This document shows positions 9,084 to 18,250 of a DNA stretch of 50,082 nt, one piece after another. The position numbers and the translations under genes are program-made. The notes under the pieces were generated by a model. The model saw nothing but the letters and a program-made list of their open reading frames with translations, searched no databases and had not been told where the DNA came from. Positions within the stretch are counted from its first letter, which is position 1, and each line of letters begins with the position of its first letter. This DNA comes from a virus (taxonomy: Duplodnaviria > Heunggongvirae > Uroviricota > Caudoviricetes), in IMG/VR virus record IMGVR_UViG_2703718827_000002, positions 1 to 50,082 of that record, one strand, 5' to 3'.

Positions 9084-9803
9084 TTACTGAATTTCGGTGG
9101 TGCCGTTAATTTTAAACAGGATATTCACCACAATCCCACTGCCTGGCTTACCCGGCTCATAACGCCATCTGCGCATCGCATTTTTCACCTCACGCTCAAA
9201 CATGTTCGCAGGCTTGGCTGAGAGGATTTGTACGTTATCCACGCGACCATCCGGCGTAACGTCAAATTTAACTTTAACCTGCCCTTCAATGCGCAATGCC
9301 TGTGCTCGTGCCGGATACTGCGGCTGATTACGGCTTAATGCGCGTGGTCCTGAAGCCACACTGGTAACCGGCTTGCTGGTTGCAGCCGTTGCTGTACTTG
9401 ATGTCAGGCGTGCCGGTGCCGTATTTTCAAACGGTGATGCCGGACGCGACTCTACGGGTTTGACATCGCGTTTTGGCTGCTCCTGTACCTTTTTCACCGG
9501 CTTCGGTTTTGGCTTAGGTTTCGGCTTCGGCTTTTCAATGACCACCGGTGCTTCTTTTGGCGGTTCGGGGATCGGCTCAGGTTCCGGTTCTGGCTCTACC
9601 ACCGGCTCCGGTGGCGGCTGAACGGCTTGTGGCGGTTCGAGATCAGCAGGCGTAACCATCGTGACAGAAATCGGCTGCGCAGGCGCAGGTAGTTCAATAA
9701 CCTGATGTACCGAGGTATAGAGCAGACCCGCCACAACAGCACCATGAATGCAGACCGAAAGTAACGTCGGCCAGGGGAAGCGGCGAGGTAAATCAAGGGT
9801 CAT
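9084..9803 (-). CDS. tonB: TonB energy-transducing protein
   Basis: MTLDLPRRFPWPTLLSV..., (EP)n and (KP)n repeats, C-terminal domain; 239 aa from ATG at 9803 (track ORF extends upstream to 9854). Confidence 0.9.
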   Translation of the reverse strand: MTLDLPRRFPWPTLLSVCIHGAVVAGLLYTSVHQVIELPAPAQPISVTMVTPADLEPPQAVQPPPEPVVEPEPEPEPIPEPPKEAPVVIEKPKPKPKPKPKPVKKVQEQPKRDVKPVESRPASPFENTAPARLTSSTATAATSKPVTSVASGPRALSRNQPQYPARAQALRIEGQVKVKFDVTPDGRVDNVQILSAKPANMFEREVKNAMRRWRYEPGKPGSGIVVNILFKINGTTEIQ

Positions 9804-10026
9804 TGAAGTCATAATCATTTCAGTAGAAAAACCAGGTCTCGATTTTAAATGCAAATAGCAATCATATTCAATAAGGCAAGACGATCAGGATCAGTGAAAA
9901 TGTCATTTTTGGCGTAATTACCCTTACTTTATGCATGGCCTTAACAAAGACATCATCTTTCCGTTGCAGATCTTCGCCCTTTCAAATAACGTACTTTACA
10001 ACTTTCCCGAACAAGGAGTTGTGCCC

Positions 10027-10323
10027 GTGTTGTATGTTATTTACGCTCAAGACAAAGCTGATAGCCTCGAAAAACGCCTTTCCGTTCGTCCGGCACATTT
10101 AGCACGTTTACAGTTACTGCATGATGAAGGTCGTTTGTTGACAGCTGGTCCAATGCCAGCGGTAGACAGTAACGATCCAGGGGCTGCGGGATTTACTGGC
10201 TCAACCGTTATTGCTGAATTTGAATCGCTGGAAGCAGCTCAGGCCTGGGCCGATGCTGACCCGTACGTAGCGGCAGGAGTCTATGAACACGTTTCAGTGA
10301 AACCATTTAAGAAAGTGTTCTAA
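10027..10323 (+). CDS. yciI: YciI-like protein
   Basis: 98-aa product from GTG start matching the recalled yciI neighbour of tonB; track ORF 9931..10323 extends upstream. Confidence 0.7.
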
Positions 10324-10387
10324 TTTATTAGAAATTTGCACTTAAATCAAAAAGTTACGGACAATTCAACCACCAATCAATAAATTA

Positions 10388-10430
10388 AAGGGCACATTAA
10401 AGTACACAATATTTGTGCCCTTCTCTGTTT
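10388..10430. terminator. Hairpin between yciI and the invertase gene (possible bidirectional terminator)
   Basis: AAGGGCACA ... TGTGCCCTT inverted repeat with T-rich flanks; loop is long, so weaker. Confidence 0.35.
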
Positions 10431-10441
10431 CTTTCCCGTTA

Positions 10442-10990
10442 TCAGCTAGCTGGAAACTTTTTATACAGAGTTGAGAGCCCTACTCCATACGTTTTTGATA
10501 CGCTTTGTCGTGATTCACCGGTTGCCATCCGCTCCCCCATTTCCCGCCATTGCTCATCCGTGAACTTAGGCCTGCGACCACCAACTCGCCCTTTTGCCCT
10601 GGCTACGGCCAGCCCTGCTAAGGTACGTTCGCTATTAAGATCAGATTCATATTGTGCTGCGGAAAGGATGTTACGAAAGTTATAGCGGCCGCTGGCTGTT
10701 TTGAGATCCACGCCATCGGTAATACTGCGGAAGTTGATACCCTTTTCCTGTAACTGCTGGAACATCAACAGCGCATGCAGAACGTTGCGGCCTATCCTGT
10801 CCAGCTTCCAGACCACCAGTTCATCCCCCGGCTGCATAGTGGCGATCAGCCGTTTTAGAACCGGCCGATTCGATTTCCTCCCGCTGGCATGCTCTTCAAA
10901 AATTTTCTCACAACCCGCTGACTTGAGCGCCGTTAGTTGCAATTCAGTGTCCTGGTGGTTTGTTGATACTCGGGCATAACCGTAAATCAT
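10442..10990 (-). CDS. Serine recombinase, Hin/Gin/Pin-type DNA invertase
   Basis: MIYGYARVSTNHQD...VVWKLDRIGR...C-terminal HTH GLSTLYKK; 182 aa; typical resolvase/invertase catalytic domain. Confidence 0.85.
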   Translation of the reverse strand: MIYGYARVSTNHQDTELQLTALKSAGCEKIFEEHASGRKSNRPVLKRLIATMQPGDELVVWKLDRIGRNVLHALLMFQQLQEKGINFRSITDGVDLKTASGRYNFRNILSAAQYESDLNSERTLAGLAVARAKGRVGGRRPKFTDEQWREMGERMATGESRQSVSKTYGVGLSTLYKKFPAS

Positions 10991-11194
10991 GAGTGCTTCT
11001 CCTGTTGTAAAAACAGGAGAAGAGGCGAAATATCACCTGATTCAGAAAAATATTTGAAAGGTTGGTTTGGGAGAAGCGGCAAAACGGGATGTGGGAACAG
11101 GGGAAAATCAGATACCGGATATGGCTTTTTTTGCCAGTGGTGATGGATGGATGAAATTACCCAACGGTAAAATCCTGCAATATGGTCGAGGTGC

Positions 11195-11418
11195 GGTTAC
11201 GCCGCCGAGGTATCGATACAATTGTGTTATGTGGGATCTCGACCAATATCGGTGTTGAATCCACCGCCCGCAATGCCTGGGAACTTGGCTTTAATCTGGT
11301 GATTGCCGAAGACGCCTGTAGTGCCGCCAGCGCCGAGCAACACAATAACAGCATTAATCATATCTACCCGCGCATCGCCCGTGTGCGTAGCGTGGAAGAG
11401 ATCCTTCACGCGTTATGA
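11195..11418 (+). pseudogene. yecD: 3' fragment of isochorismatase-family gene yecD
   Basis: Only the C-terminal ~75 codons ([18 protein letters not shown]...RVRSVEEIL) are present; the upstream in-frame sequence is unrelated; stop overlaps the yecE start. Confidence 0.6.
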
Positions 11419-11520
11419 TTTACATCGGTCTGCCGCAATGGTCGCATCCTAAATGGGTGCGGTTGGGGATCACCAGCCTTGAAGAGTATGCCCGTCACTT
11501 TAACTGCGTGACGCGGGCAT
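11415..11520 (+). pseudogene. yecE: 5' fragment of yecE, truncated at a prophage junction
   Basis: [32 protein letters not shown] matches the recalled YecE N-terminus for about 35 codons, then diverges into AT-rich phage-end sequence. Confidence 0.6.
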
Positions 11521-11638
11521 TTTAAAAATCACTAAAGAACGCCCAAGAGCATGTGTTTTCTTTAGTTTATTCAATGCATTAAAAAATAGTTTCGCATGAA
11601 ATTCGGTAAACTTCATGTGTGCAATAATGTCCCATTCA

Positions 11639-11690
11639 TGCCCCAAAATGCCCCAAAGCAGACATTTTTGCCCCAAGTATGCCCCACAAG
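11639..11690. repeat. Four direct TGCCCCA(A/C)A repeats with helical phasing
   Basis: Copies start at 11639, 11649, 11669 and 11680 (spacings 10, 20, 11 bp), about 120 bp inside the yecE junction. Confidence 0.6.
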
Positions 11691-12012
11691 TCACGTCTTC
11701 AAGTCGTCTATATCCATAGCACACCGAGTTACATTCTTGCATCCGGGGTGTCGACAATACCTACTTTATTGAGTGTGCGAGAATTACCAGGAACCTTTCC
11801 ACAATGTAGTAGTCTAATAGTCGAATCCATCTAACATTAAGAAGCGTTATGATCACTATCCTCTCATTGATATCTTCTGTAATAGTCACTCTATGTATCA
11901 TGGTGTTCGCTACAGTAAAGGTAGGGATTGGTTTGTCTAACAATCCAGACAGAAATGATAATTAACCTCAACCACGTAACCCCACTTCATACTTCACTTA
12001 ACAGTGATGTGC

Positions 12013-12402
12013 TCACATCACCGGGCAATCATCAAACTCTGCATTCCTGGCGTCATTGATGATGTAAGTAAGCACCCCAAATACAGCGGGTGCAGAACTG
12101 TAACCGCCATCATCTACTGGCAGCGCCTCCTTTCTCCCGTTCTCCAGATTAACGAGGTGGGGTTGAGGATGTGTCCGATATCGCTTGATCCTAAATTCTC
12201 CGTCTATCGCGCAGATCAGCAGCGAGCCATCACAGGCTGAAAGTGAGGCATCAACAACAAGCAGCGCCCCCTGAATTATCCCTTCCCTGAAATGTGAACG
12301 CGATGCACGCATGAAATAAGTCGCTGCGGGCTGGCTGATTAACTGCTGATCGAGGGAGATTCGTGTTTCAACATAATCTGCAGCAGGTGAAGGAAAGCCC
12401 AT
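12013..12402 (-). CDS. UmuD'-like protein (HumD-like, lacks the UmuD N-terminal autocleavage segment)
   Basis: Begins MGFPSPAADYVE, matching the UmuD' N-terminus after the Cys24-Gly25 cleavage site; AAGGAG RBS before ATG 12402; no umuC partner in window. Confidence 0.65.
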   Translation of the reverse strand: MGFPSPAADYVETRISLDQQLISQPAATYFMRASRSHFREGIIQGALLVVDASLSACDGSLLICAIDGEFRIKRYRTHPQPHLVNLENGRKEALPVDDGGYSSAPAVFGVLTYIINDARNAEFDDCPVM

Positions 12403-12490
12403 GATCTGCACTCCTTTCACTGTTTTTATATACAGTAGTTTTAATGTGAGTGCAGATCAATGTGGAGACACCTATCAATACCGCCAGGAG

Positions 12491-12784
12491 TTAAAGGGCG
12501 GCGACAAAATACACGGCGGTGCAGGCCAGAACCGGAACGAGCCAGTCCAGCAGGCTGGGCAGATTCCATACGCGCAAGGAGAACCCGCCCCACCACGGCA
12601 TATTGGCCCGTTTTCCGCCGCCGAACTGTGCGATCCAGCGATACTCTGCCTGGGTGTGCTCGCGGGCTATAAACCACATGCAGCCTATCGCGCCGCCAGC
12701 ACCCCACATCCCAGAAACCAGTCCGACAGCGCATTGAAGGGTTACGGCTATGGCAGCGTGTACAAACGGAGAAAAATCAGCCAT
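12491..12784 (-). CDS. Small membrane protein (97 aa)
   Basis: ATG at 12784 overlaps the tailspike stop; hydrophobic segments with Gly/Trp-rich motif. Confidence 0.45.
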   Translation of the reverse strand: MADFSPFVHAAIAVTLQCAVGLVSGMWGAGGAIGCMWFIAREHTQAEYRWIAQFGGGKRANMPWWGGFSLRVWNLPSLLDWLVPVLACTAVYFVAAL

Positions 12785-15113
12785 GGATTGCTCCCTCCAG
12801 CGCCTCAACACGCTTTAACAACCGCGCATAATTGCGGCGCTGAAGCTCCGCCTCAAGCGCGAAGGCTTCTTCATAACGAATACCATATTTAGAACCAGCC
12901 TTCCTCGCGGGTGTGATAACTTCTGAATAAGCAGCACTTCCTGGCTGAACCAGATTCCCGTTAGCATCATAAAGATCTGGCGTTGCTTCATAATGCTGAA
13001 CTACTTCCCCCTGATCTCCCCATTCGTCATAGCAGGCGAATCCGAACTCGAAGGCATCAAGACCATAACGCGCAAATGCCTCAACAGCACGCTGGGCAAC
13101 AATGCCAAAATGCCACCTCGCGTCTTCACCTTTCTCTTCCACCCTGTCCAGAAATTTATATTGGCACCATTTTACTTCCGACCACGCATCCAGCATTGCG
13201 TCAGAAATCTCTAATGGGGAAGTTTTGGAACGTTCATCAGAAGTTACTGTGAAAGCGGTCTGGGTAAATCCACCGGACCATGCAGCGCCCGATACTCCGC
13301 AACTATAGGCGTTCGTTGTGGATGGCCGGATTGTTTTGGTGACCACCTCCCTGAATGTTGACTCCATGATCGCGTCATTTGCCACCCCGTCAGCACCACC
13401 GATAAAACGCAGAACTCCGCTGGCTGTCGTGGTATCCAGACCAGTATGCACACGCAACTGCCTGACCCCAGCCATGCCGGGTCTTGCGAGTTTAATATCT
13501 CCAGTAAGGAATGCGTTATTGTCAGAATCCAGCAACCAGTATTTGGTATTAGTGCCGTTATCAACGATGTCATTAGCCAGGGTCATGCCAATGCGCTGAT
13601 TACCAAATACCTGGTTGTTAACTGCACCGGTCGCTATCACTACACCGCGAGTTAATCCACTTGAAATAGGGTTAGAAATTGTATTATTGGATGCAGATCG
13701 TGTAGCTGACGTATTCCGTCTCAGTCGGGTATGAGTTGCATCTTTTGTGAACCCGGTGAGCAGGACATCATTCGATGAAAGGACGTTTTCATTCGAGCAA
13801 ATATCGAACGCAACGTACGGTTTGCTTTCATCCCCTGGCTTGTTATAGACGATACAGAAGTTATTGGCGATCTTGCAGTGGTTGCTTCCTAATCCTGTTC
13901 CCTCGCCAAGTTCAACCGCTGAAATTGAAGTGTTGAAGTGGTTACCGAGGACGAAAATCATATTCCCGCCGGTATCATGGGAAACGATACCTCGCTGTCC
14001 GGCAATGATATGGTTAAACGCCACCGTGACACCTTCGGCTCCACTTGTAAAATCGAGGAAGTCCAGGAAATCACTTGCGCAGCCGTTCGTGAAATTAATA
14101 TCCCTCGATTGGTTCGTTAATCGTATACAGCAATTGGTTGGTACAGCATCAAGGCCACTCATGGAGCAGTGATCCATAAACACCTGGCTTGCTTTATCCA
14201 GGTGCACACAGCAGTCCCAACCAAAGGCTCCAGTTTCGTCAGTAGCAAAAAGAACGTCCGTAAGTTTCAGCTGTTCGCCGTATTTAGCCGTGTGTGTCCC
14301 GGTAAATTTCAGCGCGGTAGCATTCCGGTTTCCCCTGGTGCGTAAAGACGTATTAACAATCCGCATCGCTTTGCGGGTGCCGGATATCGAGGAGTTATCG
14401 ACAACGATACCGAGCCCTGCTTCGAATATAATCCCTGTCTGGCCCTGCCCTAAGCCAAAGACATCTGAAATAAACGCAGTAAGGGTTATGTTGCTCGCAC
14501 AGGTATACAGACGCGATAATTTTACGCCGACCCCCATGGCTTTTGCTGCACTAAATGCGTCGATGAGAGCCTGGGTATCAGCAGCCGAAATGGTATCCAG
14601 AGCGCCGTACATTTCAGGCGATACGAACGGAGTTTCTTTGTAAACGTTTGACTGCCTGATCCCAACAAGCCCCGCACCACTGGACGCGGCCAGTTCCTGG
14701 CGCAAAGCTGCATCTCCAACGCTGACAAAATGAACAGCATCATTTGCCCAGGATGCTGCGTCATTACCAGTAGTGGTGTACGGGATGCTGGTTGCTGCAG
14801 TTAGTTTCCAGAGCTCATCCTGATAACGAATGAGCTCGTTATAGTCAGTGATTGTCAAAGGTCCATCGGTGTATTCACCAATAACCTTGTACCCCGAACT
14901 TTGAATAAAATTATTAAACCGCTGCTGCTGGTTGAGCAACTGAGCTGAAAACTCTTGCTCCATGCCCCAGAATGTTTTTCGACTTTTACCAAAACGATCC
15001 AACCAAATTAGCTGCGTAATATCGTTTACAGCAAAGTCCATGTTCTGGGCATTATCGAAAAGGTCCTTCGGATCCATGGACCCTATCGGGTTATTCGTGG
15101 CGTATGTGGTCAT
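12777..15113 (-). CDS. Tailspike / side tail fibre with C-terminal intramolecular chaperone (peptidase S74-like) domain
   Basis: C-terminal SDERSKTSPLEISDAMLDAW...HFGIVAQRAVEAF matches the S74 chaperone signature; central region has beta-helix-like repeats; ATG 15113 with GGAG RBS (track start 15128 sits in the terminator). Confidence 0.7.
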   Translation of the reverse strand: MTTYATNNPIGSMDPKDLFDNAQNMDFAVNDITQLIWLDRFGKSRKTFWGMEQEFSAQLLNQQQRFNNFIQSSGYKVIGEYTDGPLTITDYNELIRYQDELWKLTAATSIPYTTTGNDAASWANDAVHFVSVGDAALRQELAASSGAGLVGIRQSNVYKETPFVSPEMYGALDTISAADTQALIDAFSAAKAMGVGVKLSRLYTCASNITLTAFISDVFGLGQGQTGIIFEAGLGIVVDNSSISGTRKAMRIVNTSLRTRGNRNATALKFTGTHTAKYGEQLKLTDVLFATDETGAFGWDCCVHLDKASQVFMDHCSMSGLDAVPTNCCIRLTNQSRDINFTNGCASDFLDFLDFTSGAEGVTVAFNHIIAGQRGIVSHDTGGNMIFVLGNHFNTSISAVELGEGTGLGSNHCKIANNFCIVYNKPGDESKPYVAFDICSNENVLSSNDVLLTGFTKDATHTRLRRNTSATRSASNNTISNPISSGLTRGVVIATGAVNNQVFGNQRIGMTLANDIVDNGTNTKYWLLDSDNNAFLTGDIKLARPGMAGVRQLRVHTGLDTTTASGVLRFIGGADGVANDAIMESTFREVVTKTIRPSTTNAYSCGVSGAAWSGGFTQTAFTVTSDERSKTSPLEISDAMLDAWSEVKWCQYKFLDRVEEKGEDARWHFGIVAQRAVEAFARYGLDAFEFGFACYDEWGDQGEVVQHYEATPDLYDANGNLVQPGSAAYSEVITPARKAGSKYGIRYEEAFALEAELQRRNYARLLKRVEALEGAIHG

Positions 15114-15127
15114 GCTCGCTCCGGGCA

Positions 15128-15150
15128 TAAAAAAACCCGCCGAAGCGGGT
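15128..15150 (-). terminator. Rho-independent terminator between the J-like gene and the tailspike
   Basis: On - strand: CCCGC-TTCG-GCGGG followed by TTTTTTT. Confidence 0.65.
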
Positions 15151-15170
15151 AAGATAATTTTGATTTGCAG

Positions 15171-18100
15171 TTAAGCGACGTTGCCGGGATAGGTAGCGTC
15201 GTCGTAGGCGTACTTTCCTGGGTGGTACTGGATGGCCGTCACCTGGCTGATACCGTCATTGCCCGGAGATATTTCCCCTATCAGTGCGTCGTACGGCACA
15301 CGCACAGACGAGCAGAACAGCAGGCGTGGCGGTTCAATGTACGCGTCATTCATCGCCCACAATTCCGGCTCCAGCGTGGAGCTGTACGGCACCGAGATAG
15401 TGAAGTCGTCAATGCGTGTCGGCACCAGCATGGCTGATGCCCTGCCGTCCTGGTGGCGAATAATCACGCGCGGGCTTTGGAACGACCAGTCCGGTGACTC
15501 GCTGAGCGTCAGCGTGATTTTGCTGCTGTCATACTTCATATCCGTAATCAGGCAGCTCAGCTGCTGACCGCCGGGGATATCGTCGGCCAGCACAATGCGA
15601 TCCATGAACTCATAACAAAGCGCATCCATCTCGGTTGAGGTGGTGTGCTGCAGGCGCTGCAGCTGGTAGCCCAGCAACCGGCGCATGCCGATGCGGTAGG
15701 CGCGGTCTTCATCCAGAACGCCATCCAGCGTGTAGCTCTCAATTTTCAGCGGTGTTGGATTGCCTGGCTGCCGGCACTGCACGGTTTCCTCTGCCCAGGT
15801 GGTGCCGTTGATATAGGTCACGTCCACGCCGTCGTAGTCGTCCTGCGACGGGGCTTTGAAAGCGGTCTGCAGCTCCTCGGTGGTTTCCTGCGGGGTGATC
15901 ATGCCGACCCAGGGTTTAATGCCTTCCCTGCCGGCAGAAGCCAGGCCGTCAGACAGCAGGAAATACCCCATCCCGGCGTTAGTGATTTGCTGCAGTACCT
16001 CGAGTGCTGATTTGCTCTCACCGCTCGCCCAGTCGAACTTCTCACCGCGTGGCGTCCAGTAGGTTTGCTCCAGCGCGTCAATCGCCGCCGTGTCAATCTG
16101 GCTGGTCGTGAACCCCAGTGACTCCAAGACGTGGTAAAGCGCACCACTGATGCTCCGCGCCGTTCTGCCGCCGCTGTAAATCCGGGTTGGCGTGACGCTA
16201 ATCCGGCGATCGGACATGGCCGCCAGGCGGTTCCCTGTCCGCACGGTCAGCGCCATGGTGGTGACGCCATCGTACTTTGTTGGGCGTTTGCTCAGCCTGG
16301 AGCGCAGCGCCTGCCAGAATACCTGGTCGCGAGTGCTGCCCCCTTTAACCGGTTCGGTGCGACGCATCCGGATCTCATACTGCCCGGGTGACACGTTGTA
16401 GCGATGTGTAAACCCAATCTGGTTCTCGGTGCTACGGGAATAGAACGGAGACTGTTGCTGCCAGGTGGTGGTGCCAACCTTGCGATACTGGATCACCAGG
16501 CGTACCGGCATGGAACGCTTATTCCCCTGGTCGGTATAACGCACCAGGCCGCTCTGGAAGTTGATGTTCACCTCGAATGCGTCCAGCGTTTCGCCGTCCG
16601 GGCAGGCCAGGAACGGACCAACCCATTCGTAATCGTCGCTGACACCAGTCACGGTCGCATCCAGCAGCGTACGCTCAGTGAAGCCAGGCCACGATGGATC
16701 TGGAGTCGTGATGGTCTCACCGCCCGGGCCGATGGTGACCGTAAGCCGCTCAACCGTGACCGTCTGGCTGTCCACATCGGTGATACGGAACTGATTGCCA
16801 GACAATCCCAGAGAAAACCGCTGAATGCCCTCCGGCAGTCCGGTGAATGGGGTGCCAGTGGCGCTGTTGTAGGCCAGGGTAATGTGCGCCCTTACCTCCG
16901 CCGTGCCGCCCGTTGATTTCACGCCAGCCGTATTGACCGGCGCGTCGCCGAACACAGCAACGGGTAACGGGCTGTTAGTGATGGAACCGCCAGCGTACGG
17001 GCTGCTGGATTCGACGATTTCCAGCCGCCCGCTGTTATCGCGCGCGACCAGGCCTGAGCCGGAGAGCTGCGAGGTGATCGAGGAAACCAGTCCCGACATG
17101 GTGACGTAATTGGTAACCAGCGATACCGGGTAGGTCGTGCCCTGCCAGCTGATGCTGAACGTCACAGGCGTGCTGCTGAAATCGTAGGTCGTCGGTGCGG
17201 CACTCGCGGTGATGCTGGCGGCGCTACCGCCCACACCCGGCACCGGCGGAACTCCCGGGGCGTAGCTGGCGATCACCAGATCGTAGTCGTTGCCGTTATA
17301 GCTCAGGGACACCGGCATTCCGACCACTGGCGCCAGTTCCTCTACCCCGCCATAAATCACGCTGTAACCGCCGGACGACACGACCGTATAAGAGTTCGGC
17401 GCCAGCACGGTGATCACCGTTCCAACGGTCCACGACGGCGGGATCTCCTCATCGCCAGAAGACGATACGTCAACCAGCGTGATGGAGTTCCCGGACACTA
17501 CCAGCGCATCAGCGATAATACTGACCGTCTCCGGGCCGCTTGAGCCCAGATCCAGCCCGGCGGTACCGGAGCCGGTATTCCCGACCTCTGGTGAGTTGAA
17601 CCAGTTTTCAGTGCGCGTGTCGCCGGAGACCGTGGCGCCTGGTGGGTAGATGGTGTAACGCACGTCGGTGCCGAAGGCGGAGATCGGCGTATTGCCGATC
17701 CGGATATCGGACTGGTTAATCACCATGTCGCCGACACCCACACACAGGAACATGCTGGTTTCCATGCTGGTCTCGTTGACGAACCGGCTCACCGGCTGCA
17801 CCACGTAATCAGGCCAGACGCGATATTTGCCGAAGATTTCCCGAATGGGGTCTCCCAGTTTCGCAGCGTTCGCTTTTGCCGGGTTGAGGTCAATCTGGTC
17901 ACCGCTGGCCGCCTGGGAACCGCCGCCGCCTGCCTGCGACATGGTACTCATCATGTAGATGCTGTATGCAGCAGAGGCGACGGCTACGCTGACGGCAACC
18001 CAGATAGCGATTTCTGCACCGGTACCGTAGGGCACCGGATACATCCTGACGTCGGTTTCTCGTTTGATGACGCACAGTGGCCACTCTGACGCCGGGACGG

Positions 18101-18188
18101 GAAGTCCATTGATTTCAACCGCGACCGGGTGCTGCTGATCCGGTGTCCAGCCCTTCACGTTCTGCGTAAACCAAGCGCTGATGGTCAT
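15171..18188 (-). CDS. Host-specificity protein J-like central tail fibre
   Basis: About 1000 aa, position downstream of K-like gene; Gly/Ser/Thr-rich central region; ATG 18188 avoids overlap with the upstream gene (track start 18332 is GTG). Confidence 0.7.
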   Translation of the reverse strand: MTISAWFTQNVKGWTPDQQHPVAVEINGLPVPASEWPLCVIKRETDVRMYPVPYGTGAEIAIWVAVSVAVASAAYSIYMMSTMSQAGGGGSQAASGDQIDLNPAKANAAKLGDPIREIFGKYRVWPDYVVQPVSRFVNETSMETSMFLCVGVGDMVINQSDIRIGNTPISAFGTDVRYTIYPPGATVSGDTRTENWFNSPEVGNTGSGTAGLDLGSSGPETVSIIADALVVSGNSITLVDVSSSGDEEIPPSWTVGTVITVLAPNSYTVVSSGGYSVIYGGVEELAPVVGMPVSLSYNGNDYDLVIASYAPGVPPVPGVGGSAASITASAAPTTYDFSSTPVTFSISWQGTTYPVSLVTNYVTMSGLVSSITSQLSGSGLVARDNSGRLEIVESSSPYAGGSITNSPLPVAVFGDAPVNTAGVKSTGGTAEVRAHITLAYNSATGTPFTGLPEGIQRFSLGLSGNQFRITDVDSQTVTVERLTVTIGPGGETITTPDPSWPGFTERTLLDATVTGVSDDYEWVGPFLACPDGETLDAFEVNINFQSGLVRYTDQGNKRSMPVRLVIQYRKVGTTTWQQQSPFYSRSTENQIGFTHRYNVSPGQYEIRMRRTEPVKGGSTRDQVFWQALRSRLSKRPTKYDGVTTMALTVRTGNRLAAMSDRRISVTPTRIYSGGRTARSISGALYHVLESLGFTTSQIDTAAIDALEQTYWTPRGEKFDWASGESKSALEVLQQITNAGMGYFLLSDGLASAGREGIKPWVGMITPQETTEELQTAFKAPSQDDYDGVDVTYINGTTWAEETVQCRQPGNPTPLKIESYTLDGVLDEDRAYRIGMRRLLGYQLQRLQHTTSTEMDALCYEFMDRIVLADDIPGGQQLSCLITDMKYDSSKITLTLSESPDWSFQSPRVIIRHQDGRASAMLVPTRIDDFTISVPYSSTLEPELWAMNDAYIEPPRLLFCSSVRVPYDALIGEISPGNDGISQVTAIQYHPGKYAYDDATYPGNVA

Positions 18189-18250
18189 CTTTTCATGTTG
18201 ATGCGTTTCCAGCGGTTCGCCCGGCAACCGGGATGGATAGATTCGGATCG

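Noticed and set aside
9373-9796. ORFs 9373..9621 (+) and 9596..9796 (-) and the Pro-Glu/Pro-Lys repeat DNA
   Set aside because: They fall inside tonB; the repeat is the native TonB proline-rich spacer, not a repeat element or CRISPR.
10413-10979. Antisense ORFs 10413..10685 and 10701..10979
   Set aside because: Both are opposite the well-supported invertase gene with low-complexity translations.
11500-11943. ORFs 11500..11757 and 11761..11943 on the - strand
   Set aside because: The first spans the yecE junction and the second lies in the AT-rich att-proximal region; no RBS or recognisable product.
12401-13655. Multiple + strand ORFs overlapping the tailspike 3' end and the membrane protein gene
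   Set aside because: Antisense to a conserved tailspike chaperone domain; typical spurious ORFs.
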